Origin: Eledone cirrhosa
Lineage: Eukaryota
Length of the DNA: 64,000 nt
Reading direction: 5' to 3'
Assembly: GCA_964016885.1 (NCBI GenBank)
Contig: OZ024744.1
Span: forward strand, 120,714,001-120,778,000
Shown: positions 1 to 14,005 of the stretch, in pieces
Position numbering within the stretch: position 1 is the stretch's first letter
Layout: each line of letters starts with the position of its first letter
Notes under the pieces: generated by a model
The model's database searches: none
What the model saw: the letters and a program-made list of their open reading frames with translations, nothing else
What the model was told of the DNA's origin: nothing
Translations under genes and position numbers: made by a program

Positions 1-3000
1 TTCTAACCACATGTCTGTAGTATCAGAGCTGTGATCTCTCAATTCAGAGATTCTTTCCTGAGACATTCTAACCACATGTCATGGTAGCAGATCTGTGATG
101 TCTCAATTCAGAGATTCTTTCCTGGGATATTCTAACCACATGTCATAGTATCAGAGCTGTGATCTCTCAATTCAGAGATTCTTTCCTGAGACATTCTAAC
201 CACATCTCATAGTATCAGAGCTGTGATATCTCAATTCAGAGATTCTTTGCTGAGACATTCTAACCACATGTCATTGAATCAGAGCTGTGATATCTCAATT
301 CAGAGATTCTTTCCTGAGACATTCTAACCACATGTCATAGTATTAGAGCTCTGATCTCTCAATTCAGAGATTCTTTCCTGAGAAATTTTAACCTCATGTC
401 TGTAGTATCAGAGCTGTAATCTCTCAATTCAGAGAATCTTTCCTGAGACATTCTAACTCCATGTCCACAGTATCAGAGCTGTGATCTCTCAATTCAGAGA
501 TTCTTTCCTGAGACATTCTAACCACATGTCATAGTATCAGTGCTGTGATCTCTCAATATAGAGATTCTTTCCTGAGATATTCTAACCACATGTCATAGTA
601 TTAGAGCTGTGATCTCTCAATTCAGAGATTCTTTCCTGAGACATTCTAACCACATGTCATAGTATCAGAGCTGTGATCTCTCAATTCAGAGATTCTTTCC
701 TGAGACATTCTAACCACATGTCATAGTATCAGAACTGTGATCTCTCAATTCAGAAATTCTTTCCTGAGACATTCTAACCACATGTCATAGTATCAGGGCT
801 GTGATCTCTCAATTCAGAGATTCTTTCCTGAGACATTCTAACCACGTCATAGTATCAGAGCTGTGATCTCTCAATTCAGAGATTCTTTCATGAGACATTC
901 TAAGCACATGTCATAGTATCAGAGCTGTGATCTCTCAATTTAGATATTCTTTCCTGAGATATTCTAACCACATGTCATAGTCTTAGAGCTGTGATCTCTC
1001 AATTCAGAGATTTTTTCCTGAGACATTCTAACCACATGTCATAGTATCAGAGCTGTGATCTCTCAATTCAGAGATTCTTTCCTGAGACATTCTAACTATA
1101 TGTCATAGTATCAGAACTGTGATCTGTCAATTCAGAAATTCTTTCCTGAGACTTTCTAACCACATGTCATAGTATCAGAGCTGTGAACTCTCAATTCAGA
1201 GATTCTTTCCTGATACATTCTAACCACATGTCATAGTATCAGAGCTGTGATCTCTCAATTCAGAGATTCTTTCCTGAGACATTCTCACCACATGTCATAG
1301 TATCAGAGCTGTGATCTCTCAATTTAGATATTCTTTCCTGAAATATTCTAACCACATGTCATAGTATTAGAGCTGTGATCTCTCAATTCAGAGATTCTTT
1401 ACTGAGACATTCTAACCACGTCATAGTATCAGAGCTGTGATATCTCAATTCCAAGATTCTTTCCTGAGACATTCTAACCACATGTCATAGTATCAGAGCT
1501 GTGATTTCTCCATTTAGATATTCTTTCCTGAGATATTCTAACCACATGTCATAATATTAGAGCTGTGATATCTCAATTCAGAGATTCTTTCCTGAGATAT
1601 TCTAACCACATGTCATAGTATCAGAGCTGTGATCTCTCAATTCAGAGATTCTTTCTTGAGACATTCTAACTCCATGTCCACAGTATCAGAGCTGTGAACT
1701 CTCAATTCAGAGATTCTCTCCTGAGACATTCTAACCACATGTCATAGAATCAGAGCTGTGATCTCTCAATTCAGAGATTCTTTCCTGAGAACTTCTAACC
1801 ACATGTCTGTAGTATCAGAGCTGTGATCTCTCAATTCAGAGATTCTTTCCTGAGACATTCTAACCACATGTCATGGTAGCAGATCTGTGATGTCTCAATT
1901 CAGAGATTCTTTCCTGGGATATTCTAACCACATGTCATAGTATCAGAGCTGTGATCTCTCAATTCAGAGATTCTTTCCTGAGACATTCTAACCACATCTC
2001 ATAGTATCAGAGCTGTGATATCTCAATTCAGAGATTCTTTGCTGAGACATTCTAACCACATGTCATTGAATCAGAGCTGTGATCTCTCAATTCAGAGATT
2101 CTTTCCTGAGACATTCTAACCACATGTCATAGTATTAGAGCTCTGATCTCTCAATTCAGAGATTCTTTCCTGAGAAATTTTAACCTCATGTCTGTAGTAT
2201 CAGAGCTGTAATCTCTCAATTCAGAGAATCTTTCCTGAGACATTCTAACTCCATGTCCACAGTATCAGAGCTGTGATCTCTCAATTCAGAGATTCTTTCC
2301 TGAGACATTCTAACCACATGTCATAGTATCAGTGCTGTGATCTCTCAATATAGAGATTCTTTCCTGAGATATTCTAACCACATGTCATAGTATTAGAGCT
2401 GTGATCTCTCAATTCAGAGATTCTTTCCTGAGACATTCTAACCACATGTCATAGTATCAGAGCTGTGATCTCTCAATTCAGAGATTCTTTCCTGAGATAT
2501 TCTAACCACATGTCATAGTATCAGAACTGTGATCTCTCAATTCAGAAATTCTTTCCTGAGACATTCTAACCACATGTCATAGTATCAGGGCTGTGATCTC
2601 TCAATTCAGAGATTCTTTCCTGAGACATTCTAACCACGTCATAGTATCAGAGCTGTGATCTCTCAATTCAGAGATTCTTTCATGAGACATTCTAAGCACA
2701 TGTCATAGTATCAGAGCTGTGATCTCTCAATTTAGATATTCTTTCCTGAGATATTCTAACCACATGCCATAGTCTTAGAGCTGTGATCTCTCAATTCAGA
2801 GATTTTTTCCTGAGACATTCTAACCACATGTCATAGTATCAGAGCTGTGATCTCTCAATTCAGAGATTCTTTCCTGAGACATTCTAACTATATGTCATAG
2901 TATCAGAACTGTGATCTGTCAATTCAGAAATTCTTTCCTGAGACTTTCTAACCACATGTCATAGTATCAGAGCTGTGAACTCTCAATTCAGAGATTCTTT

Positions 3001-3192
3001 CCTGATACATTCTAACCACATGTCATAGTATCAGAGCTGTGATCTCTCAATTCAGAGATTCTTTCCTGAGACATTCTCACCACATGTCATAGTATCAGAG
3101 CTGTGATCTCTCAATTTAGATATTCTTTCCTGAAATATTCTAACCACATGTCATAGTATTAGAGCTGTGATCTCTCAATTCAGAGATTCTTT
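1..3192. repeat. Block duplication with 1792-bp (28-monomer) period: about 1-1400 repeated at about 1793-3192
   Basis: Rare markers share offset 1792: ATGGTAGCAG at 81/1873 and the G of CTTTGCTGAG at 249/2041. The variant order is the same in both copies until about 1400/3192. Confidence 0.9.
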
Positions 3193-6100
3193 CCTGAGAC
3201 ATTCTAACCCCTTGTCTGTAGTATCAGAGCTGTATGCTCTCAATTCAGAGATTCTTTCCTGAGACTTTCTAACCACATGTCATAGTCTTAGAGCTGTGAT
3301 CTCTCAATTCAGAGCTTTTTTCCTGAGACATTCTAACCACATGTCATAGTATCAGAGCTGTGATCTCTCAATTCAGAGATTCTTTCCTGAGACATTCTAA
3401 CCACATGTCATTGTATCGGAGCTGTGATCTCTCAATTCAGAGATTCTTTCCTGAGACATTCTAACCACATGTCATAGTATCAGAGCTGTGATCTCTCAAT
3501 TCAGAGATTCTTTCCTGAGAAATTCTAACCTCATGTCTGTAGTATCAGAGCTGTGATCTCTCAATTCAGAGATTCTTTCCTGAGACATTCTAACTCCATG
3601 TCCACAGTATCAGAGCTGTGATCTCTCAATTCAGAGATTCTTTCCTGAGATATTCTAACAACATGTCATAATATCAGAGCTATGATCTCTCAATTCAGAG
3701 ATTCTTTCCTGAGACATTCTAACCACATGTCTGTAGTATCAGATCTGTGATGTCTCAAGTCAGAGATTCTTTCCTGATACATTCTAACCACATGTCATAG
3801 TATCAGAGCTGTGATCTCTCAATTCAGAGATTCTTTACTGAGACATTCTAACCACGTCATAGTATCAGAGCTGTGATATCTCAATTCAAAGATTCTTTCC
3901 TGAGACATTCTAACCACATGTCATAGTATCAGAGCTGTGATTTCTCAATTTAGATATTCTTTCCTGAGATATTCTAACCACATGTCATAATATTAGAGCT
4001 GTGATATCTCAATTCAGAGATTCTTTCCTGAGATATTCTAACCACATGTCATAGTATCAGAGCTGTGATCTCTCAATTCAGAGATTCTTTCTTGAAACAT
4101 TCTAACTCCATGTCCACAGTATCAGAGCTGTGAACTCTCAATTCAGAGATTCTTTCCTGAGACATTCTAACCACATGTCATAGAATCAGAGCTGTGATCT
4201 CTCAATTCAGAGATTCTTTCCTGAGAACTTCTAACCACATGTCTGTAGTATCAGAGCTGTGATCTCTCAATTCAGAGATTCTTTCCTGAGACATTCTAAC
4301 CACATGTCATAGTAGCAGATCTGTGATGTCTCAATTCAAAGATTCTTTCCTGGGATATTCCAACCACATGTCATAGTATCAGAGCTGTGATCTCTCCATT
4401 CAGATATTCTTTCCTGAGACATTCTAACCACATCTCATAGTATCAGAGCTGTGATATCTCAATTCAGAAATTCTTTCCTGAGACATTCTAACCACATGTC
4501 ATAGTATCAGGGCTGTGATCTCTCAATTCAGAGATTCTTTCCTAAGGCATTCAAACCACGTCATATTATCAGAGCTGTGATCTCTCAATTCAGAGATTCT
4601 TTCCTGAGATATTCTAACCTCATGTCTGTAGTATCAGAGCTGTAATCTCTCAATTCAGAGAATCTTTCCTGAGACATTCTAACTCCATGTCCACAGTATC
4701 AGAGCTGTGAACTCTCAATTCAGAGATTCTTTCCTGAGACATTCTAACCACATGTCATAGTATCAGAACTGTGATCTCTCAATTCAGAAATTCTTTCCTG
4801 AGACATTCTAACCTCATGTCATAGTATCAGAGCTGTGAACTCTCAATTCAGAGATTCTTTCCTGATACATTCTAACCACATGTCATAGTATTAGAGCTGT
4901 GATCTCTCAATTCAGAGATTCTTTCCTGAGACATTCTAACCACGTCATAGTATCAGAGCTGTGATGTCTCAATTCAGAGATTCTTTCATGAGACATTCTA
5001 ACCACATGTCATAGTATCAGAGCTGTGATCTCTCAATTCAGAGATTCTTTCCTGAGACATTCTAACCACATGTCATAGTATCAGATCTGTGATCTCTCAA
5101 TTCAGAGATTCTTTCCTGGGATATTCTAACCACATGTCATAGTATCAGAGCTGTGATCTCTCAATTCAGAGATTCTTTCCTTAGACATTCTAACCACATC
5201 TCATAGTCTAAGGCTGTGATATCTCAATTCAGAGATTCTTTCCTGAGACATTCTTACCACATGTCATAGTATCAGAGCTGTGATCTCTCAATTTAGAGAT
5301 TCTTTCCTGAGACATTCTAACCACATGTCATAGTATCAGAGCTGTGATCTCTCAATTCAGAGATTCTTTCCTGAGAAATTCTAACCTCATGTCTGTAGTA
5401 TCAGAACTGTGATCTCTCAATTCAGAGAATCTTTCATGAGACATTCTAACTCCATGTCCACAGTATCAGAGCTGTGATCTCTCAATTCAGAGATTCTTTC
5501 CTGAGACATTCTAACCACATGTCATAGTATCAGTGTTGTCATCTCTCAATATAGAGATTCTTTCCTGAGATATTCTAACCACATGTCATAGTATCAGAGC
5601 TGTGATCTCTCAATTCAGGGATTCTTTCCTGGGATATTCTAACCACATGTCATAGTATCAGAGCTGTGATATCTCAATTCAGAATTTCTTTCCTGATATA
5701 TTCTAACCACATGTCATAGTATCAGAGCTGTGATCTCTCAATTCAGAGATTCTTTCCTGAGAACTTCTAACCACATGTCATATTATCAGAGCTGTGATCT
5801 CTCAATTCAGAGATTCTTTCCTGAGACATTCTAACCACATGTAATAGTATCAGAGCTGTGATCTCTCAATTCAGAGTTTCTTTCCTGAGACATTCTAACC
5901 ACATGTCATAGTATCAGAACTGTGATCTCTCAATTCAGAAATTCTTTCCTGAGACATTCTAACCACATGTCATAGTATCAGTGCTGTGAACTCTCAATTC
6001 AGAGATTCTTTCTTGATACATTCTAACCACATGTCATAGTATCAGGGCTGTGATCTCTCAATTCAGAGATTCTTTCCTGAGGCATTCAAACCACGTCATA

Positions 6101-9100
6101 TTATCAGAGCTGTGATCTCTCAATTCAGAGATTCTTTCATGAGACATTCTAACCACATGTCATAGTATCAGAGTTGTTATCTCTCAATTTAGATATTCTT
6201 ACCTGAGATATTCTAACCACATGTCATAGTATTAGAGCTGTGATCTCTCAATTCAGAGATTTTTTCCTGAGACATTCTAACCACATGTCATAGTATCAGA
6301 TCTGTGATCTCTCAATTCAGAGATTCTTTCCTGAGACATTCTAACTATATGTCAGAGTATCAGAACTGTGATCTCTCAATTCAGAAATTCTTTCCTGAGA
6401 CTTTCTAACCACATGTCATAGTATCAGAGCTGTGAACTCTCAATTCAGAGATTCTTTCCTGATACATTCTAACCACATGTCATTGTATCGGAGCTGTGAT
6501 CTCTCAATTCAGAGATTCTTTCCTGAGACATTCTAAACACATGTCATAGTATCAGAGCTGTGATCTCTCAATTCAGAGATTCTTTCCTGAGAAATTCTAA
6601 CCTCATGTCTGTAGTATCAGAGCTGTGATCTCTCAATTCAGAGATTCTTTCCTGGGACATTCTAACCACATGTCATAGTATCAGAGCTGTGATCTCTCAA
6701 TTTAGATATTCTTTCCTGAAATATTCTAACCACATGTCATAGTATTAGAGCTGTGATCTCTGAATTCAGAGATTCTTTCCTGAGACATTCTAACCCCTTG
6801 TCTGTAGTATCAGAGCTGTATGCTCTCAATTCAGAGATTCTTTCCTGAGACTTTCTAACCACATGTCATTGTATCGGAGCTGTGATCTCTCAATTCAGAG
6901 ATTCTTTCCTGAGACATTCTAACCACATGTCATAGTATCAGAGCTGTGATCTCTCAATTCAGAGATTCTTTCCTCAGACATTCTAAGCACATGTCATAGT
7001 ATCAGAGCTGTGATCTCTCAATTCAGAGATTCTTTCCTGAGAAATTCTAACCTCATGTCTGTAGTATCAGAGCTGTGATCTCTCAATTCAGAGATTCTTT
7101 CCTGAGACATTCTAACTCCATGTCCACAGTATCAGAGCTGTGATCTCTCAATTCAGAGATTCTTTCCTGAGATATTCTAACAACATGTCATAATATCAGA
7201 GCTATGATCTCTCAATTCAGAGATTCTTTCCTGAGACATTCTAACCACATGTCTGTAGTATCAGAGCTGTGATGTCTCAATTCAGAGATTCTTTCCTGAT
7301 ACATTCTAACCACATGTCATAGTATCAGAGCTGTGATCTCTCAATTCAGAGATTCTTTACTGAGACATTCTAACCACGTCATAGTATCAGAGCTGTGATA
7401 TCTCAATTCAAAGATTCTTTCCTGAGACATTCTAACCACATGTCATAGTATCAGAGCTGTGATTTCTCAATTTAGATATTCTTTCCTGAGATATTCTAAC
7501 CACATGTCATAATATTAGAGCTGTGATATCTCAATTCAGAGATTCTTTCCTGAGATATTCTAACCACATGTCATAGTATCAGAGCTGTGATCTCTCAATT
7601 CAGAGATTCTTTCTTGAGACATTCTAACTCCATGTCCACAGTATCAGAGCTGTGAACTCTCAATTCAGAGATTCTTTCCTGAGACATTCTAACCACATGT
7701 CATAGAATCAAAGCTGTGATCTCTCAATTCAGAGATTCTTTCCTGAGAACTTCTAACCACATGTCTGTAGTATCAGAGCTGTGATCTCTCAATTCAGAGA
7801 TTCTTTCCTGAGACATTCTAACCACATGTCATGGTAGCAGAGCTGTGATCTCTCAATTCAGAGAATCTTTCCTGAGACATTCTAACTCCATGTCCACAGT
7901 ATCAGAGCTGTGATCTCTCAATTCAGAGATTCTTTCCTGAGACATTCTAACCACATGTCATAGTATCAGTGCTGTGATCTCTCAATATAGAGATTCTTTC
8001 CTGAGATATTCTAACCACATGTCATAGTATTAGAGCTGTGATCTCTCAATTCAGAGATTCTTTCCTGAGACATTCTAACCACATGTCATAGTATCAGAGC
8101 TGTGATCTCTCAATTCAGAGATTCTTTCCTGAGACATTCTAACCACATGTCATAGTATCAGAACTGTGATCTCTCAAATCAGAAATTCTTTCCTGAGACA
8201 TTCTAACCACATGTCATAGTATCAGTGCTGTGAACTCTCAATTCAGAGATTCTTTCCTGATACATTCTAACCACATGTCATAGTATCAGGGCTGTGATCT
8301 CTCAATTCAGAGATTCTTTCCTGAGACATTCTAACCACGTCATAGTATCAGAGCTGTGATCTCTCAATTCAGAGATTCTTTCATGAGACATTCTAACCAC
8401 ATGTCATAGTATCAGAGCTGTTATCTCTCAATTTAGATATTCTTTCCTGAGATATTCTAACCACATGTCATAGTCTTAGAGCTGTGATCTCTCAATTCAG
8501 AGATTTTTTCCTGAGACATTCTAACCACATGTCATAGTATCAGAGCTGTGATCTCTCAATTCAGAGATTCTTTCCTGAGACATTCTAACTATATGTCATA
8601 GTATCAGAACTGTGATCTGTCAATTCAGAAATTCTTTCCTGAGACTTTCTAACCACATGTCATAGTATCAGAGCTGTGAACTCTCAATTCAGAGATTCTT
8701 TCCTGATACATTCTAACCACATGTCATAGTATCAGAGCTGTGATCTCTCAATTCAGAGATTCTTTCCTGAGACATTCTAACCACATGTCATTGTATGGGA
8801 GCTGTGATCTCTCAATTCAGAGATTCTTTCCTGAGACATTCTAACCGCATGTCATAGTATCAGAGCTGTGATCTCTCAATTCAGAGATTCTTTCCTGAGA
8901 AATTCGAACCTCATGTCTGTAGTATCAGAGCTGTGATCTCTCAATTCAGAGATTCTTTCCTGAGACATTCTAACCACTTGTCATAGTATCAGAGCTGTGA
9001 TCTCTCAATTTAGATATTCTTTCCTGAAATATTCTAACCACATGTCATAGTATTAGAGCTGTGATCTCTCAATTCAGAGATTCTTTCCTGAGACATTCTA

Positions 9101-10889
9101 ACGCCTCGTCTGTAGTATCAGAGCTGTATGCTCTCAATTCAGAGATTCTTTCCTGAGACTTTCTAACCACATGTCATTGTATCGGAGCTGTGATCTCTCA
9201 ATTCAGAGATTCTTTCCTGAGATATTCTAACAACATGTCATAATATCAGGGCTATGATCTCTCAATTCAGAGATTCTTTCCTGAGACATTCTAACCACAT
9301 GTCTGTAGTATCAGAGCTGTGATGTCTCAAGTCAGATATTCTTTCCTGATACATTCTAACCACATATTATAGTATCAGAGCCGTGATCTCTCAATTCAGA
9401 GATTCTTTACTGAGACATTCTAACCACGTCATAATATCAGAGCTGTGATATCTCAATTCAAAGATTCTTTCCTGAGACATTCTAACCACATGTCATAGTA
9501 TCAGAGCTGTGATTTCTCAATTTAGATATTCTTTCCTGAGATATTCTAACCACATGTCATAGAATCAGAGCTGTGATCTCTCAATTCAGAGATTCTTTCC
9601 TGAGAACTTCTAACCACATGTCTGTAGTATCAGAGCTGTGATCTCTCAATTCAGAGATTCTTTCCTGAGACATTCTAACCACATGTCATAGTAGCAGATC
9701 TGTGATGTCTCAATTCAGAGATTCTTTCCTGGGATATTCTAAGCACATGTCATAGTATCAGAGCTGTGATCTCTCAATTCAGAGATTCTTTCCTGAGACA
9801 TTCTAACCACATCTCATAGCATCAGAGCTGTGATATCTCAATTCAGAGATTCTTTCCTGAGACATTCTAACCACATGTCATTGAATCAGAACCGTGATCT
9901 CTCAATTCAGAGATTCTTTCCTGAGACATTCTAACCACATGTCATAGTATTAGAGCTGTGATCTCTCAATTCAGAGATTCTTTCCTGAGAAATTCTAACC
10001 TCATGTCAGTAGTATCAGAGCTGTAATCTCTCAATTCAGAGAATCTTTCCTGAGACATTCTAACTCCATGTCCACAGTATCAGAGCTGTGATCTCTCAAT
10101 TCAGAGATTCATTCCTGAGACATTCTAACCACATGTCATAGTATCAGTGCTGTGATCTCTCAATATAGAGATTCTTTCCTGAGATATTCTAACCACATGT
10201 CATAGTATCAGAGCTGTGATCTCTCAATTCAGAGATTCTTTCCTGAGACATTCTAACCACATGTCATAGTATCAGAGCTGTGATCTCTCAATTCAGAGAT
10301 TCTTTCCCTATACATTCTAACCACATGTCATAGTATCAGTGCTGTGATCTCTCAATATAGAGATTCTTTCCTGAGATATTCTAACCACATATCATAGTAT
10401 CAGAGCTCTGATCTCTCAATTCAGAGATTCTTTCCTGAGACATTCTAACCACATCTCATAGTATCAGAGCTGTGATCTCTCAATTCAGAGATTCTTTCCT
10501 GAGAACTTCTAACCACATGTCATATTATCAGAGCTGTGATCTCTCAATTCAGAGATTCTTTCCTGAGACATTCTAACCACATGTCATGGTATTAGAGCTG
10601 TGATCTCTCAATTCAGAGATTCTTTCCTGAGACATTCTAACCACATGTCATAGTATCAGAGCTGTGATCTCTCAATTCAGAGATTCTTTCCTGAGACATT
10701 CTAACCACATGTCATAGTATCAGAGCTGTGATCTCTCAATTCAGAGATTCTTTCCTCAGACATTCTAAGCACATGTCATAGTATCAGAGCTGTGATCTCT
10801 CAATTCAGAGATTCTTTCCTGAGACATTCTAACCCCTTGTCTGTAGTATATGAGCTGTATGCTCTCAATTCAGAGATTCTTTCCTGAGA

Positions 10890-13800
10890 CTTTCTAACCA
10901 CATGTCATTGTATCGGAGCTGTGATTTCTCAATTCAGAGATTCTTTCCTGAGACATTCTAACCACATGTCATAGTATCAGAGCTGTGATCTCTCAATTCA
11001 GAGATTCTTTCCTCAGACATTCTAAGCACATGTCATAGTATCAGAGCTGTGATCTCTCAATTCAGAGATTCTTTCCTGAGAAATTCTAACCTCATGTCTG
11101 CAGTATCAGAGCTGTGATCTCTCAATTCAGAGATTCTTTCCTGAGACATTCTAACTCCATGTCCACAGTATCAGAGCTGTGATCTCTCAATTCAGAGATT
11201 CTTTCCTGAGATATTCTAACAACATGTCATAATATCAGAGCTATGATCTCTCAATTCAGAGATTCTTTCCTAAGACATTCTAACCACATGTCTGTAGTAT
11301 CAGAGCTGTGATGTCTCAAGTCAGAGATTCTTTCCTGATACATTCTAACCACATGTCATAGTATCAGAGCTGTGATCTCTCAATTCAGAGATTCTTTACT
11401 GAGACATTCTAACCACGTCATAGTATCAGAGCTGTGATATCTCAATTCAAAGATTCTTTCCTGAGACATTCTAACCACATGTCATAGTATCAGAGCTGTG
11501 ATTTCTCAATTTAGATATTCTTTCCTGAGATATTCTAACCACATGTCATAATGTTAGAGCTGTGATATCTCAATTCAGAGATTCTTTCCGGAGATATTCT
11601 AACCACATGTCATAGTATCAGAGCTGTGATCTCTCAATTCAGAGATTCTTTGTTGAAACATTCTAACTCCATGTCCACAGTATCAGAGCTGTGAACTCTC
11701 AATTCAGAGATTCTTTCCTGAGACATTCTAACCACATGTCATAGAATCAGAGCTGTGATCTCTCAATACAGAGATTCTTTCCTGAGAACTTCTAACCACA
11801 TGTCTGTAGTATCAGAGCTGTGATCTCTCAATTCAGAGATTCTTTCCTGAGACATTCTAACCACATGTCATAGTAGCAGATCTGTGATGTCTCAATTCAG
11901 AGATTCTTTCCTGGGATATTCTAACCACATGTCATAGTATCAGAGCTGTGATCTCTCAATTCAGAGATTCTTTCCTGAGACATTCTAACCACATCTCATA
12001 GTATCAGAGCTGTGATATCTCAATTCAGAGATTCTTTCCTGAGACATTCTAACCACATGTCATTGAATCAGAGCTGTGATCTCTCAATTCAGAGATTCTT
12101 TCCTGAGACATTCTAACCACATGTCATAGTATTAGAGCTGTGATCTCTCAATTCAGAGATTCTTTTCTGAGAAATTCTAACCTCATGTCTGTAGTATCAG
12201 AGCTGTAATCTCTCAATTCAGAGAATCTTTCCTGAGACATTCTAACTCCATGTCCACAGTATCAGAGCTGTGATCTCTCAATTCAGAGATTCTTTCCTGA
12301 GACATTCTAACCACATGTCATAGTATCAGTGCTGTGATCTCTCAATATAGAGATTCTTCCTGAGATATTCTAACCACATGTCATAGTATCAGAGCTGTGA
12401 TCTCTCAATTCAGAGATTCTTTCCTGAGACATTCTAACCACATCTCAAAGTATCAGAGCTGTGATCTCTCAATTCAGAGATTCTTTCCTGAGAACTTCTA
12501 ACCACATGTCATATTATCAGAGCTGTGATCTCTCAATTCAGAGATTCTTTCCTGAGACATTCTAACCACATGTCATGGTATCAGAGCTGTGATCTCTCAA
12601 TTCAGAGATTCTTTCCTGATACATTCTAACCACATGTCATAGTATCAGAGCTGTGATCTCTCAATTCAGAGATTCTTTCCTGAGACATTCTAACCACATG
12701 TCATTGTATCGGAGCTGTGATCTCTCAATTCAGAGATTCTTTCCTGAGACATTCTAACCACATGTCATAGTATCAGAGCTGTGATCTCTCAATTCAGAGA
12801 TTCTTTCCTCAGACATTCTAAGCACATGTCATAGTATCAGAGCTGTGATCTCTCAATTCAGAGATTCTTTCCTGAGAAATTCTAACGTCATGTCTGCAGT
12901 ATCAGAGCTGTGATCTCTCAATTCAGAGATTCTTTCCTGAGACATTCTAACTCCATGTCCACAGTATCAGAGCTGTGATCTCTCAATTCAGAGATTCTTT
13001 CCTGAGATATTCTAACAACATGTCATAATATCAGAGCTATGATCTCTCAATTCAGAGATTCTTTCCTGAGACATTCTAACCACATGTCTGTAGTATCAGA
13101 GCTGTGATGTCTCAAGTCAGAGATTCTTTCCTGATACATTCTAACCACATGTCATAGTATCAGAGCTGTGATCTCTCAATTCAGAGATTCTTTACTGAGA
13201 CATTCTAACCACGTCATAGTATCAGAGCTGTGATATCTCAATTCAAAGATTCTTTCCTGAGACATTCTAACCACATGTCATAGTATCAGAGCTGTGATTT
13301 CTCAATTTAGATATTCTTTCCTGAGATATTCTAACCACATGTCATAATATTAGAGCTGTGATATCTCAATTCAGAGATTCTTTCCTGAGATATTCTAACC
13401 ACATGTCATAGTATCAGAGCTGTGATCTCTCAATTCAGAGATTCTTTGTTGAAACATTCTAACTCCATGTCCACAGTATCAGAGCTGTGAACTCTCAATT
13501 CAGAGATTCTTTCCTGAGACATTCTAACCACATGTCATAGAATCAGTGCTGTGATCTCTCAATACAGAGATTCTTTCCTGAGAACTTCTAACCACATGTC
13601 TGTAGTATCAGAGCTGTGATCTCTCAATTCAGAGATTCTTTCCTGAGACATTCTAACCACATGTCATAGTAGCAGATCTGTGATGTCTCAATTCAGAGAT
13701 TCTTTCCTGGGATATTCTAACCACATGTCATAGTATCAGAGCTGTGATCTCTCAATTCAGAGATTCTTTCCTGAGACATTCTAACCACATCTCATAGTAT

Positions 13801-14005
13801 CAGAGCTGTGATATCTCAATTCAGAGATTCTTTCCTGAGACATTCTAACCACATGTCATTGAATCAGAGCTGTGATCTCTCAATTCAGAGATTCTTTCCT
13901 GAGACATTCTAACCACATGTCATAGTATTAGAGCTGTGATCTCTCAATTCAGAGATTCTTTCCTGAGAAATTCTAACCTCATGTCTGTAGTATCAGAGCT
14001 GTAAT
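10890..14005. repeat. Block duplication with 1796-bp (28-monomer) period
   Basis: Markers TCTGCAGT (C at 11101/12897) and TGTTGAAACA (11651/13447) are both offset by 1796. The CAATACAGAG variant is also shared. Confidence 0.88.

Noticed and set aside
8-13. Transcription-factor motifs: E-box CACATG in each monomer, p53-like CATG core, TTC-N4-GAA in GAAA/GAAC variants
   Set aside because: Short motifs are expected by chance. The p53 half-site purines are missing and nothing supports function.
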